Source of the DNA: Nemertoderma westbladi
Lineage: Eukaryota; Animalia; Xenacoelomorpha
DNA: 51,019 nt
Reading direction: 5' to 3'
Assembly (NCBI GenBank): GCA_032718475.1
Contig: JAUCBJ010002132.1
Span: 1 to 51,019 of the forward strand
The notes under the pieces were generated by a model. That model made no database searches. It was given only the letters and a program-made list of their open reading frames with translations, and was not told the origin of the DNA. Each line of letters opens with the position of its first letter. The first letter of the stretch is position 1. The translations under genes and the position numbers were made by a program. This document shows positions 27,769 through 40,591 of this stretch, one piece after another.

Positions 27769-28819
27769 TACTCGCTATACAGAAGCCCAGTTCCCTTTGT
27801 ACAACAACTGGGTTGGTGCGCGAATAAAATTGTTGGGCTAGAAACACTTGAATAAGGGGTAAGAAGGTCATATGAAACGAGTATGGCGGGTTTAAGTAAA
27901 CGCGGTAGGCCAATTTTGAATATCGGCTGTGAGCTGCTACATATTTGACGTCTTACGCAGTGATCTGATAATTTTTTACCTTTGTTTCTATGGAGAGAGA
28001 TTTTCGATCGATTCAAATACACATTTAATATCAATCATTTCAAATGTGTCTTATATCAATTGAAAGCGGAGAGTCTTGCGCGACTTTTGACACTAAAATT
28101 AAATTCATGTCAAATTCATTTACATGAAGAATTTCCATTTCCATTTACATTTGAATTTCATGACTTCAAATTCATTTATTGACAAATAAGATGTATTCAG
28201 CTGTATTTTTCAGTAGCAATACCGGCACTGCATTCCAATCTGAATTGGCTACGGTGGATTAGATTTAAAATAACACAGGGCCTAAACTTGTAATACCGGT
28301 CAACCGGTACTATAATATACTGTAGTAATAATTCGCAGTAGGCTACTCTTGAATATTAAAAGTGTGTACCTGTCACGGGTAAACCCAACTTAATGAAGTA
28401 AATCTGCAATACACAGATACTGCAATAGGCGGAGTGCTTACATACCGGTCAGGCAATCTGCCGAGTTCAAAAGCCGCGCAAGACTCTCCGCTTTCAATTG
28501 ATATAAGCTACGTGTGGAATTATCGAGATTTAATGTGTATTTGAATCGGTCGAAAATCTATATCCATAGAAACCAAGATAAGAAATTATCAGAGCACAGC
28601 GTAATGACGTCATATACTGTATGTAGCAGCCAATCACAGCCGTTTTTTTCAAAATTGGCTTCTCGCGCTTACTTAAATCCGCCATTTCGACCGTTTCTAC
28701 GTGTTTTTATAAAAAACACACCCGCCAATCGATTCAAAGCATCTTGTTCAATTGTTTCTAGCCAACCCTATTGTAACAAAGGTGACAGGAAAATGGCAGA
28801 GATACTGTATGAGCGGTCA
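27769..28819. mobile_element. Foldback/MITE-like DNA element with about 320-350-bp diverged inverted arms
   Basis: cttatatcaattgaaagcggagagtcttgcgcg (about 28050-28082) is the exact reverse complement of about 28476-28508. Similarity extends outward to tactcgctatacag and ctgtatgagcggtca. The opposite-strand ORFs (NVYLNRSKI..., YLNPP) mirror each other. Confidence 0.7.
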
Positions 28820-28983
28820 AATGTTGAATGGATGTATCAGCGCGAGGCTATTTTATTTCTATTTAATTTAATATTCTAGAACATTTTGTTTATCCTATTC
28901 TATCACTACAATGTGAAAGAATAACTACAGTACGACTGGTGCAATATCATCGGAGACACCTTTTTTTATACGCTTGTAGCTAA

Positions 28984-29248
28984 AGATTGAAGGAAAAAGT
29001 AAAAATTCTGGCTCACCCAGCAATGAGGGGGCAGGTGAAAATATCTATGTTTCAAATTTCATGACATCTCATTAAAATTTGTAGAATTATTTTTTTCTGA
29101 TAAATGCATGATGGTACCTGAATAAAGACACTATATTCCAAGACATATATATTCCTATGGTGTATACCCATAGGTACTTACAAAAAAAAATTGTCAACTT
29201 TTGCACAATTCACCTTTAAAAATGGCGCCAAAGGCACTCTTCCAATCT
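28984..29248. mobile_element. Possible Kolobok-like MITE
   Basis: Short imperfect TIRs agattgaagga and tcttccaatct, flanked by CTAA and TTAA. Confidence 0.3.
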
Positions 29249-29471
29249 TTAAGTCAAATAATATAATATACGCATTTACTAAATTTTATTAATGGCCAAA
29301 TCAGTATCCTTCTGTCTGTATGTCCGCCAGTCAGGATCAATGTTTGAACGTCAATATTTTTCACCCAACGCTTTTCATCTCAACAATATTCTGATTTCAT
29401 GTAAGGCGCGAAGTCCCAAATCGGTCGTTTATACATCCGAACAGAATGGTGCCGATCTCTTATACTCTTAC

Positions 29472-29725
29472 CGTATGGATAGCATCATCCCCTTTGTACC
29501 ACGACACTCGGGGAGTAGGACTCCCGGTAACCCGACAGGTGAACTTGGCCCGCTCGCCTTCCGTCACAGACTGGGGTTCCGGGAGTAATGCGAAAGCGGG
29601 CGGGGCTGGAGGTTCCCCCGTTACTATGGCATCCGATGTAGGACCAACCGACTCCAAGGAGGCCATGTAGGTCTGTATGGCCGTTGCATCGGGAAGTTGG
29701 GACTCCTCAATCAACGAACGACCAG
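29472..29725 (-). CDS. TTN: Titin/kettin-family exon B (linker plus first half of an I-set Ig domain)
   Basis: Acceptor ttttcatcctttcag| (phase 1). Translation (A)GRSLIEESQLPDATAIQTYMASLE...PAFALLPEPQSVTEGERAKFTCRVTGSPTPRVSWYKGDDAIHT; donor |gtaaga (phase 0). SLIEESQLP matches the titin Z8-Z9/kettin linker (recalled: SLVEESQLP). Confidence 0.92.
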
Positions 29726-30023
29726 CTGAAAGGATGAAAAGCATTAATTTCTACAAATGGTAATATTGAAACATAAAAATCCGGAGTGGAAGGGTTTACC
29801 GGGGAGATCAGTGGTAGATCAATCTTTGGCTTAATACGTCCAAAGATCATTAGATTCAAAACATAAAAGAAGTAAGTAACTTCTAGTTTATTATCTAATT
29901 GCATTCATAATAATAACAAAGCCAATATATGCCAATGGTCTTACGGATTCAGCGATTAGTCGGTGAAGTAGAACAATAGAAGCGATTCTTCTAAATAACT
30001 GCCTACAAATTCCTACACCAAAG

Positions 30024-33000
30024 CATCGCCATACTGGTTGCCAAGATGGCTCAACGCCATACTGGTTGCCAAGATGGCTCATCGCCATACTGGTTGCCAA
30101 GATGGCTCAACGCCATACTGGTTGCCAAGATGGCTCATCGCCATACTGGTTGCCAAGATGGCTCATCGCCATACTGGTTGCCAAGATGGCTCATCGCCAT
30201 ACTGGTTGCCAAGATGGCTCAACGCCATACTGGTTGCCAAGATGGCTCATCGCCATACTGGTTGCCAAGATGGCTCATCGCCATACTGGTTGCCAAGATG
30301 GCTCATCGCCATACTGGTTGCCAAGATGGCTCATCGCCATACTGGTTGCCAAGATGGCTCATCGACATACTGGTTGCCAAGATGGCTCATCGCCATACTG
30401 GTTGCCAAGATGGCTCATCGCCATACCGTTTGCCAAGATGGCTCATCGCCATACTGGTTGCCAAGATGGCTCAACGCCATACTGGTTGCCAAGATGGCTC
30501 ATCGCCATACTGGTTGCCAAGATGGCTCAACGCCATACTGGTTGCCAAGATGGCTCATCGCCATACTGGTTGCCAAGATGGCTCATCGCCATACTGGTTG
30601 CCAAGATGGCTCATCGCCATACTGGTTGCCAAGATGGCTCATCGCCATACTGGTTGCCAAGATGGCTCATCGACATACTGGTTGCCAAGATGGCTCATCG
30701 CCATACCGTTTGCCAAGATGGCTCATCGCCATACTGGTTGCCAAGATGGCTCAACGCCATACTGGTTGCCAAGATGGCTCATCGCCATACTGGTTGCCAA
30801 GATGGCTCAACGCCATACTGGTTGCCAAGATGGCTCATCGCCATACTGGTTGCCAAGATGGCTCATCGCCATACTGGTTGCCAAGATGGCTCATCGCCAT
30901 ACTGGTTGCCAAGATGGCTCATCGCCATACTGGTTGCCAAGATGGCTCATCGACATACTGGTTGCCAAGATGGCTCATCGCCATACTGGTTGCCAAGATG
31001 GCTCATCGCCATACCGTTTGCCAAGATGGCTCATCGCCATACTGGTTGCCAAGATGGCTCATCGCCATACTGGTTGCCAAGATGGCTCATCGCCATACCG
31101 TTTGCCAAGATGGCTCATCGCCATACTGGTTGCCAAGATGGCTCATCGCCATACTGGTTGCCAAGATGAATCATCTCCATAATGGTTGCCAAGATGGCTC
31201 ATCGTCATACTGGTTGCCAAGATGGCTCATTGCCATACTGGTTGCCAAGATGGCTCATCGCCATACTGGTTGCCAGGATGGCTCATCGCCATATTGGTTG
31301 CCAAGATGGCTCATCGCCATACTGGTTGCCAAGATGGCTCATCGCCATACTGGTTGCCAAGATGGCTCATCGCCATACTGGTTGCCAAGATGGCTCATCG
31401 CCATACCGTTTGCCAAGATGGCTCATCGCCATACTGGTTGCCAAGACGGCTCATCGCCATACTGGTTGCCAAGATGAATCATCGCCATACTGGTTGCCAA
31501 GATGGCTCATCGTCATACTGGTTGCCAAGATGGCTCATTGCCATACTTGTTGCCAAGATGGCTCATCGCCATACTGGTTGCCAAGATGGCTCATCGCCAT
31601 ACTGGTTGCCAAGATGGCTCATCGCCATACTGGTTGCCAAGATGGCTCATCGCCATACTGTTTGCCAAGATGGCTCATCGCCATACTGGTTGCCAAGATG
31701 GCTCATCGCCATACTGGTTGCCAAGATGGCTCATCGCCATACTGGTTGCCAAGATTGCTCATCGCCATACTGGTTGCCAAGATGGCTCATCGACATACTG
31801 GTTGCCAAGATGGCTCATCGCCATACTGGTTGCCAGGATGGCTCATCGCCATACTGGTTGCCAAGGTGGCTCATCGCCATACTGGTTGCCAAGATAGCTC
31901 ATCGCCATACTGGTTGCCAAGATGGCTCATCGCAGTACTGGTTGCCAAGATGGCTCATCGCCATACTGGTTGCCAGGATGGCTCATCGCCATACTGGTTG
32001 CCAAGGTGGCTCATCGCCATACTGGTTGCCAAGATAGCTCATCGCCATACTGGTTGTCAAGATGGCTCATCGCAGTACTGGTTGCCAAGATGGCTCATCG
32101 CCATACTGGTTGCCAAGATGGTTCATCACCATACTGGTTGCCAAGATGGCTCATCGACATACTGGTTGCCAAGATGGCTCATCGACATACTGGTTGCCAA
32201 GATGGCTCATCGCCATACTGGTTGCCAGGATGGCTCATCGCCATACTGGTTACCAGGATGGCTCATCGCCATACTGGTTGCCAGGATGGCTCATCGCCAT
32301 ACTGGTTGCCAAGATGGCTCATCGACATACTGGTTGCCAAGATGGCTCATCGCCATACTGGTTGCCAAGATGGCTCATCGCCATACCGTTTGCCAAGATG
32401 GCTCATCGCCATACTGGTTGCCAAGATGGCTCAACGCCATACTGGTTGCCAAGATGGCTCATCGCCATACTGGTTGCCAAGATGGCTCAACGCCATACTG
32501 GTTGCCAAGATGGCTCATCGCCATACTGGTTGCCAAGATGGCTCATCGCCATACTGGTTGCCAAGATGGCTCATCGCCATACTGGTTGCCAAGATGGCTC
32601 ATCGCCATACTGGTTGCCAAGATGGCTCATCGACATACTGGTTGCCAAGATGGCTCATCGCCATACCGTTTGCCAAGATGGCTCATCGCCATACTGGTTG
32701 CCAAGATGGCTCAACGCCATACTGGTTGCCAAGATGGCTCATCGCCATACTGGTTGCCAAGATGGCTCAACGCCATACTGGTTGCCAAGATGGCTCATCG
32801 CCATACTGGTTGCCAAGATGGCTCATCGCCATACTGGTTGCCAAGATGGCTCATCGCCATACTGGTTGCCAAGATGGCTCATCGCCATACTGGTTGCCAA
32901 GATGGCTCATCGACATTCTGGTTGCCAAGATGGCTCATCGCCATACTGGTTGCCAAGATGGCTCATCGCCATACCGTTTGCCAAGATGGCTCATCGCCAT

Positions 33001-36000
33001 ACTGGTTGCCAAGATGGCTCATCGCCATACTGGTTGCCAAGATGGCTCATCGCCATACCGTTTGCCAAGATGGCTCATCGCCATACTGGTTGCCAAGATG
33101 GCTCATCGCCATACTGGTTGCCAAGATGAATCATCTCCATACTGGTTGCCAAGATGGCTCATCGTCATACTGGTTGCCAAGATGGCTCATTGCCATACTG
33201 GTTGCCAAGATGGCTCATCGCCATACTGGTTGCCAGGATGGCTCATCGCCATATTGGTTGCCAAGATGGCTCATCGCCATACTGGTTGCCAAGATGGCTC
33301 ATCGCCATACTGGTTGCCAAGATGGCTCATCGCCATACTGGTTGCCAAGATGGCTCATCGCCATACCGTTTGCCAAGATGGCTCATCGCCATACTGGTTG
33401 CCAAGACGGCTCATCGCCATACTGGTTGCCAAGATGAATCATCGCCATACTGGTTGCCAAGATGGCTCATCGTCATACTGGTTGCCAAGATGGCTCATTG
33501 CCATACTTGTTGCCAAGATGGCTCATCGCCATACTGGTTGCCAAGATGGCTCATCGCCATACTGGTTGCCAAGATGGCTCATCGCCATACTGGTTGCCAA
33601 GATGGCTCATCGCCATACTGTTTGCCAAGATGGCTCATCGCCATACTGGTTGCCAAGATGGCTCATCGCCATACTGGTTGCCAAGATGGCTCATCGCCAT
33701 ACTGGTTGCCAAGATTGCTCATCGCCATACTGGTTGCCAAGATGGCTCATCGACATACTGGTTGCCAAGATGGCTCATCGCCATACTGGTTGCCAGGATG
33801 GCTCATCGCCATACTGGTTGCCAAGGTGGCTCATCGCCATACTGGTTGCCAAGATAGCTCATCGCCATACTGGTTGCCAAGATGGCTCATCTCCATACTG
33901 GTTGTCAAGATGGCTCATCGCAGTACTGGTTGCCAAGATGGCTCATCGCCATACTGGTTGCCAAGATGGCTCATCACCATACTGGTTGCCAAGATGGCTC
34001 ATCGACATACTGGTTGCCAAGATGGCTCATCGACATACTGGTTGCCAAGATGGCTCATCGCCATACTGGTTGCCAGGATGGCTCATCGCCATACTGGTTA
34101 CCAGGATGGCTCATCGCCATACTGGTTGCCAGGATGGCTCATTGCCATACTGGTTGCCAAGATGGCTCATCGCCATACTGGTTGCCAAGATAGCTCATCG
34201 CCATACTGGTTGCCAAGATGGCTCATCGCCATACTGTTTGCCAAGATGGCTCATCGCCATACTCGTTGCCAAGATGGCTCATCGCCATAATGGTTGCCAA
34301 GATGGCTTATCGCCATACTGGTTGCCAAGATGGCTCATCGCCATACTGGTTGCCAGGATGGCTCATCGCCATACTGGTTGCCAGGATGGCTCATCGCCAT
34401 ACTGGTTGCCAGGATAGCCCATCGCCATACTGATTGCCAAGATGGCTCATCGCCATACTGGTTGCCAAGATAGCTTATCGCCATACTGGTTGCCAAGATG
34501 GCTCATCGACATACTGGTTGCCAGGATGGCTCATCGCCATACTGGTTGCCAAGATGGCTCATCGCCATACAGGTTGCCAAGATGGCTCATCGCCATACTT
34601 GGTTGCCAAGATGGCTCATCGTCATACTGGTTGCCAAGATGGCTCATCGCCATATAGGTTGCCAAGATGGCTCATCGCCATACTTGGTTGCCAAGATGGC
34701 TCATCGTCATATTGGTTACCAAGATGGCTCATCACCATACTGGTTGCCAAGATGGCTCATCGCCATACTTGGTTGCCAAGATGGCTCATCGCCATAATGG
34801 TTGCCAAGATGGCTCATCGCCATACTGGTTGCCAAGATGGCTCATCGCCATACTTGGTTGCCAAGATGGCTCATCGCCATACTGGTTGCCAAGATGGCTC
34901 ATCGCCATACTGGTTGCCAAGATGGCTCATCTCCATACTGGTTGGCAAGGTGGCTTATCGCCATACTGGTTGCCAAGATGGCTCATCGACATACTGGTTG
35001 CCAGGATGGCTCATCGCCATACTGGTTGCCAAGATGGCTCATCGCCATACTGGTTGCTAAGATGGCTCATCGCCATACTTGGTTGCCAAGATGGCTCATC
35101 GCCATACTGGTTGCCAAGATGGCTCATCGCCATACTGGTTGGCAAGGTGGCTTATCGCCATACTGGTTGCCAAGATGGCTCATCGACATACTGGTTGCCA
35201 AGATGGCTCATCGCCATTCTGGTTGGCAAGATGGCTCATCGCCATACTGGTTGCCAAGATGGCTCATCGCCATACTGGTTGCCAAGATTGCTCATCGCCA
35301 TTCTGGTTGCCAAGATGGCTCATCGCCATACTGGTTGCCAGGATGGCTCATCGCCATACTTGGTTGCCAAGATGGCTCATCGCCATACTTGGTTGCCAAG
35401 ATGGCTCATCGCCATACTGGTTGCCAAGATGGCTCATCGCCATACTTGGTTGCCAAGATGGCTCATCGCCATACTGATTGCCAAGATGGCTCATCGCCAT
35501 ACTGGTTGCCAAGATGGCTCATCGCCATACTGGTTGCCAAGATGGCTCATCGCCATACTGGTTGGCAAGGTGGCTTATCGCCATACTGGTTGCCAAGATG
35601 GCTCATCGACATACTGGTTGCCAAGATGGCTCATCGCCATTCTGGTTGGCAAGATGGCTCATCGCCATACTGGTTGCCAAGATGGCTCATCGCCATACTG
35701 GTTGCCAAGATTGCTCATCGCCATTCTGGTTGCCAAGATGGCTCATCGCCATACTGGTTGCCAGGATGGCTCATCGCCATACTTGGTTGCCAAGATGGCT
35801 CATCGCCATACTTGGTTGCCAAGATGGCTCATCGCCATACTTGGTTGCCAAGATGGCTCATCGCCATACTGATTGCCAAGATGGCTCATCGCCATACTGG
35901 TTGCCAAGATGGCTCATCGCAATACTGGTTGCCAAGATGGCTCATAGACATACTGGTTGCCATGAGGGCTCATCGCCATACTGGTTGCCAAGATGGCTCA

Positions 36001-36086
36001 TCGCCATACTGGTTGCAAAGATGGCTCATTGCCATACTGGTTGCCAAGATGGCTCATCGCCATACTTGGTTGCCAAGATGGCTCAT
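30024..36086. repeat. 6-kb tandem satellite, 28-bp monomer (about 216 copies)
   Basis: Consensus CATCGCCATACTGGTTGCCAAGATGGCT. 29-bp variants (ACTTGG) appear only after about 34590. Internal 1960-bp duplication. Confidence 0.99.
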
Positions 36087-36731
36087 GTAGTGGTGAATCG
36101 GCGTGTAGTAGAGTTATCACAATTGGTCAAGCATTGATTAGCTTGCTCCAATGAAATACAAACCAAACAACGGTGTATAACGTCTTTAGAATTATAAGAA
36201 TATAATACAGTAAATAACAGTTGAAAATAAAACTGTAACTTGTTATATTATTGTTTAGGTAGAATGCAACCTGCTCCTTTCCAAAAATTGATACTTTAAA
36301 ATTGAGGAGATATATAAATTCATCGAGATGGGATTTGCGACCAGTTTCCCTCTGTCTCGGGAAATAATATGAAATATAAACTTATTTTTATCTTAAAAAA
36401 TCTTCTACTGAAAAAAACATTACGACAATTCGGGCAAAATATTAGAACCAGAACTTTATCGGAGGTTCAACTCAAAATAAATTAAAATGTCCATTTTTTT
36501 ATAATCCCATAATTGCATAAGATATAAAATTTAATACACACATAATAATATCTAACAAAGGTTAAAGGTGACACATCTCTAACAGATACTGGAAACACTA
36601 TACCCACTAATCTGTATATTATTATATCAATAAATTGAAAATTATATTAATATATCTTTACAGAAATCAACGCAAATGACCGGTCAGAGTCAATCTATAG
36701 TATAACGGAGGTTATCGGATAAGCGGAAGAT

Positions 36732-38774
36732 TCAGAAAATATTGATGTTACTGAGTCGGTCTGGCAAATACCTCCCCTGTGGGAAGGCAAGCGCTCGCGT
36801 TCTAAAGTGAACGCTGATTTGTATCTCTGTGAACCGTTTACTCGGAGAAGTGGAGGGGCTGAAACCCTTTCTGTTCAGGTTAATAATGTTTCTAACTTTA
36901 GCCAGAGTGTTCTCAAACTCGTCCAGTTTGTTCCCATCGACGCTGCAATCCAGACGCACCAGACCCGGACAGTGGCTGGCCACATCGGCCAATCCCTCCA
37001 CCGTTATCTGCAGACACCCGTTGACATTTAGATACTCGAGATGCTCGCTGAAACGCGAAATACCCCACATACTCGCGTTGGACACGGAAGAACGCTGCGC
37101 CTTGGAACTGGCTAATACTATACTTGTCAACCGAACGCAGTAGCAAAGAAGCAGGTTGATACCCTTGTCGGTGATGCGGTGGCAGCCCATCAACGAGATG
37201 TAGACGAGCATCGGGCAGTAATAAGCAATTTGTTTCAGAGAATTGTTCGCCAATTTCGAGCAAAACGATAAGTCGAGATGGGCAATTTTGGAGCATTCGA
37301 GAAGTGGTATAACGACATACAAAGATGGTTTGTTAGCAGTTTCAGACTCTTCTGTGGGCTCATTATATATGGAAGAATCCTCAACATTATCTTTAGTTTC
37401 CAAGGGACTTCGTACAACTGTAGCATCCCTTGCAACGTTCACAAATGTTAAGGTGTCCACATGACGACAAGTTCGCAACGATAAGTGACGAAGGTGTGAC
37501 AAACCGGTAATGAGCGGGCTGATTCCCGCCCCCGTGAGCTGCACGCATCCAGATAAATCTAGATGGCGAAGATTCGGGCAAAGATCGGGCAGGATCGCAA
37601 TAGATCGGTCGGAAAGTTGGGTGCAGACGTCGAGAAGGAGGGTTTCCAGTCGGGGACATCCTTTCGCGAGGGTTGTCACTCCCAAGTCGGTTATATTGCT
37701 GGATGCGACAGCGTTGAGGTGCCGGAGGCGAGGGCAGCCCCGAGACAACGCCGCTAAACCCACGTCAGTGATGGATCCGCCTCCGACTCCAGGAGTTGAG
37801 ATCATACACTGTATGTGCTCGGATCCCCGGACATTGAGGTGCTCCAAAAAGGGACATTGATCTTCGAGCACCTCCAGTGTCAAGTCAGAAACGTTGGGGC
37901 ACAGTGCTAACACGAGGTGCGTGAGGTTTGGCATACAGGATAACATCCAGCGAATTCCATCACGACTGATATCACTCTCGCTCATGTCCAAATGAGTAAT
38001 TCCAAAGGTTAAAGATGTACCAATTGTTTCAGCTTTCATGCGTGCGACCAATTCTTCAACTAACTCGTCATCCGGGGATGTTATTTTCGGGTAGTTGAAT
38101 GGTTTGTGTGTTACCTTAAGAACTTTCAACTTTTTGCAAGAAGTTAACACCGATAACAACGATTTCGCATCTATATTTTGGCAAGATTCAATCTTAAGTT
38201 CCTCTAACTCGGTTAAATAAGAAATTGTCGATGACATTATACCAAACAAGGCACCATCAATGTTCACAACTTTCAAATTTTTTTTTAGCAAATACCATTG
38301 TGATTTGAATTTGGAAACGTTTTCAAAAGTTGCAAGGCCATTTAATATTTCATTACAATGGTATAAATCTAATGATGTCATGAGATTGCTGGAGCTCAAC
38401 AAGGAGCAAACGCCATCCAACGTGAATAAAGTGTTTCTTATGGACAAATCTTTTAAATCCCGACAGATTTCTGAAACTCTAAAAAGTGATTCGTCGGTAA
38501 GATTAAAGCAACCGCTCAGATTTAGTTTCTGAATTTTTGGATGGTTTTTTAAAATATCAACAAACGTACGATCAGTTATCGTAGAACACGGCGTCAGATC
38601 CAAGTTGGTCCATAAGTATTGATCATAACTCAGATCAAACCACTTTTTACAGACTAATCGGATGCCGATGCAGGTGTCAATGAGACTCAAATGATTAAAT
38701 ATTTCCAATAATAAACTGTCCGCTAATAACGAAATATAACAGACATGATTTGTATCCTCTTCAATTTCATCCAT
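36732..38774 (-). CDS. F-box/leucine-rich-repeat protein (FBXL family), intact 680-aa ORF nested in a titin intron
   Basis: N-terminal F-box (ISLLADSLLLEIFNHLS...IRLVCKKWFDLSYDQYLWTNLDL) followed by many cysteine-containing LRRs (LNLSGCFNLTD, CPRLETLLLDVCTQLSD, ISLMGCHRITDKG). The coding exon may begin at an acceptor at 38794. Confidence 0.93.
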   Translation of the reverse strand: MDEIEEDTNHVCYISLLADSLLLEIFNHLSLIDTCIGIRLVCKKWFDLSYDQYLWTNLDLTPCSTITDRTFVDILKNHPKIQKLNLSGCFNLTDESLFRVSEICRDLKDLSIRNTLFTLDGVCSLLSSSNLMTSLDLYHCNEILNGLATFENVSKFKSQWYLLKKNLKVVNIDGALFGIMSSTISYLTELEELKIESCQNIDAKSLLSVLTSCKKLKVLKVTHKPFNYPKITSPDDELVEELVARMKAETIGTSLTFGITHLDMSESDISRDGIRWMLSCMPNLTHLVLALCPNVSDLTLEVLEDQCPFLEHLNVRGSEHIQCMISTPGVGGGSITDVGLAALSRGCPRLRHLNAVASSNITDLGVTTLAKGCPRLETLLLDVCTQLSDRSIAILPDLCPNLRHLDLSGCVQLTGAGISPLITGLSHLRHLSLRTCRHVDTLTFVNVARDATVVRSPLETKDNVEDSSIYNEPTEESETANKPSLYVVIPLLECSKIAHLDLSFCSKLANNSLKQIAYYCPMLVYISLMGCHRITDKGINLLLCYCVRLTSIVLASSKAQRSSVSNASMWGISRFSEHLEYLNVNGCLQITVEGLADVASHCPGLVRLDCSVDGNKLDEFENTLAKVRNIINLNRKGFSPSTSPSKRFTEIQISVHFRTRALAFPQGRYLPDRLSNINIF

Positions 38775-38832
38775 TATTGAATAGTGACCTCGCCCTTGCG
38801 TGGCATTAGTTAAAATTGTTAAATAATATAAC

Positions 38833-40016
38833 GGATCTAGGACACTTCCCCCCCGGACACTTCCCCCCCCCCGGACACTTCCCCCCCGCCCAAGTAGGAC
38901 ACTTCCCCCCCGGACACTTCCCCCCCGGACACTTCCCCCCCAGTTAAAGTGTTAAAATTAATCTGGGTGCACCTAAGCAATAAACAAAAGTTAAAGATGG
39001 TTACAGGACAAGTTGCATCTAGACAAGTTTTTTCAAAATTATAAAAGAAACATTTTATAATCAAATTTTGTTTGTTTTTCTTTTAATTCCTTCAATTTTT
39101 TTAATTTATTTTAATTGGGGGCTGCCGCCCCCAAACCCCCGCTTCTTTTGTTGGGGGCTACCGCCCCCAAACCCCCGCTTCTTTTTTTTTATCGCCCCCA
39201 GACCCCGGCATTTCCCTGAGTGCCCGTGGTGAAAGACTTAAGACCACTTTGAAATATTGAATTCATGTTTGTATCATCAGATAATAAATTGACTAAGCCT
39301 AAAGTAGGAGCTGTATTGAATGTTAACCAATTTAATATATAAATTACTTCAATAGTATATAATTCAACAAAATCCTATTAAAAATATTGCAAGGAACCAG
39401 GAAATTTAATATGTAGTGTGTATAATATCTATATAGTATGTATAGTAATATGTAGATCAATATGTAATGCTGACCACAGAATACAGGTCGACGCATGTCG
39501 ATTTTACCCTGGAGAGATATAATTTGATTGTAACAATAATATTCATCCCCATCTGCTACAATTTGAAGAAGACTATTACATAATAATACCTATAATTAAA
39601 ATAATGAATTATTATAATTCTATAGTTAATAAAAACAGTATATCATTCCGGGGATGGAATTTATAAGTCATCTAATATAATTAATTGTTTAAAGATTAGC
39701 AAACAATACGATGTAATTGCATTGATAAAACCCATAAATAAAACTTGGACATAAAATGTAAAATCGGGATGCAAAAGATCACTTTCTGAGCTACGAAAGG
39801 AAAATTGGATACAACTTATCTGGATACAAGCGGTCCGTTTACCTTACAAAATGAAAAATACGAATGTGCGAAGTTAAGAACAGTCGGGGGGGAAGTGTCC
39901 GCGGGGGGGGGGGGGGGAGTGTCTGGGGGGGAAGTGTCCGGGGGGGAAGTGTCCTACTTGAGCGGGGGGGAACTGTCCGGGGGGGGAAGTGTCCGGGGGG
40001 GAAGTGTCCGAACACC
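38833..40016. mobile_element. Non-autonomous DNA transposon, probably MULE/MuDR-like, 1184 bp
   Basis: 8-bp TSD AATATAAC at 38825-38832 and 40017-40024. TIRs are built of GGACACTTCCCCCCC repeats and the termini are GG...CC. The empty site is present in copy 2 at about 47498-47505. The superfamily is inferred from TIR style. Confidence 0.88.
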
Positions 40017-40591
40017 AATATAACTTTAACAAACTATATACACATTACATTTGAAAATATGTGAATTATCATGTTAATAAGAAAACAATAAAACTAAGAA
40101 AGTTATAAAGAAAGGCAAAGCTTTGCACTGATCTGTTTTTACATAATTAAAGTAATATTACACATTATGTGTATATAATGTAGGTACAGAAATGTAGAAA
40201 CGTTTTGAAATGTTTTGGCGATTTGCCCTTGCTTAAGGTATCTTAATCTACCTAGCCATTATCCACATAATTAATATATATCTCGATGGTAGCATATTTA
40301 TACAGACAGCCAACCAAGGTAGATAGACCATTTAGTGCTTTAGTTGAACAAATAGATTTTACGATTTGGGAAATTAATATTTATATAATAAATTATTATC
40401 CGTACATATGAAGTAACTGAAAATCCGATTTAAAATAAATAAATATTAATAGATTAAAATGATAAATACTGGAGCTAAAAGAAAAGTTAAGTAAAGTTAA
40501 GTAAAATCAATTCAATGTTACGTGTCTCTAGTTGGGGACATTCCAAATAGTGGTGTTTGGACGTTGTTTGGCAACCACATCCAACACTTAC

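Noticed and set aside
29277-29430. Possible Helitron-like fragment (ctgtctgtatgtcc)
   Set aside because: No definable termini.
30038-36137. Long plus-strand ORFs up to 831 aa
   Set aside because: The 28-bp monomer lacks plus-strand stops, so all three frames give the same 28-aa period. 29-bp variants shift frame freely, and the ORFs are antisense to the host gene.
36807-38532. Short ORFs overlapping FBXL, and equivalent ones over the LINEs and MULE TIRs
   Set aside because: Alternative-frame or antisense shadows with no recognisable motifs.
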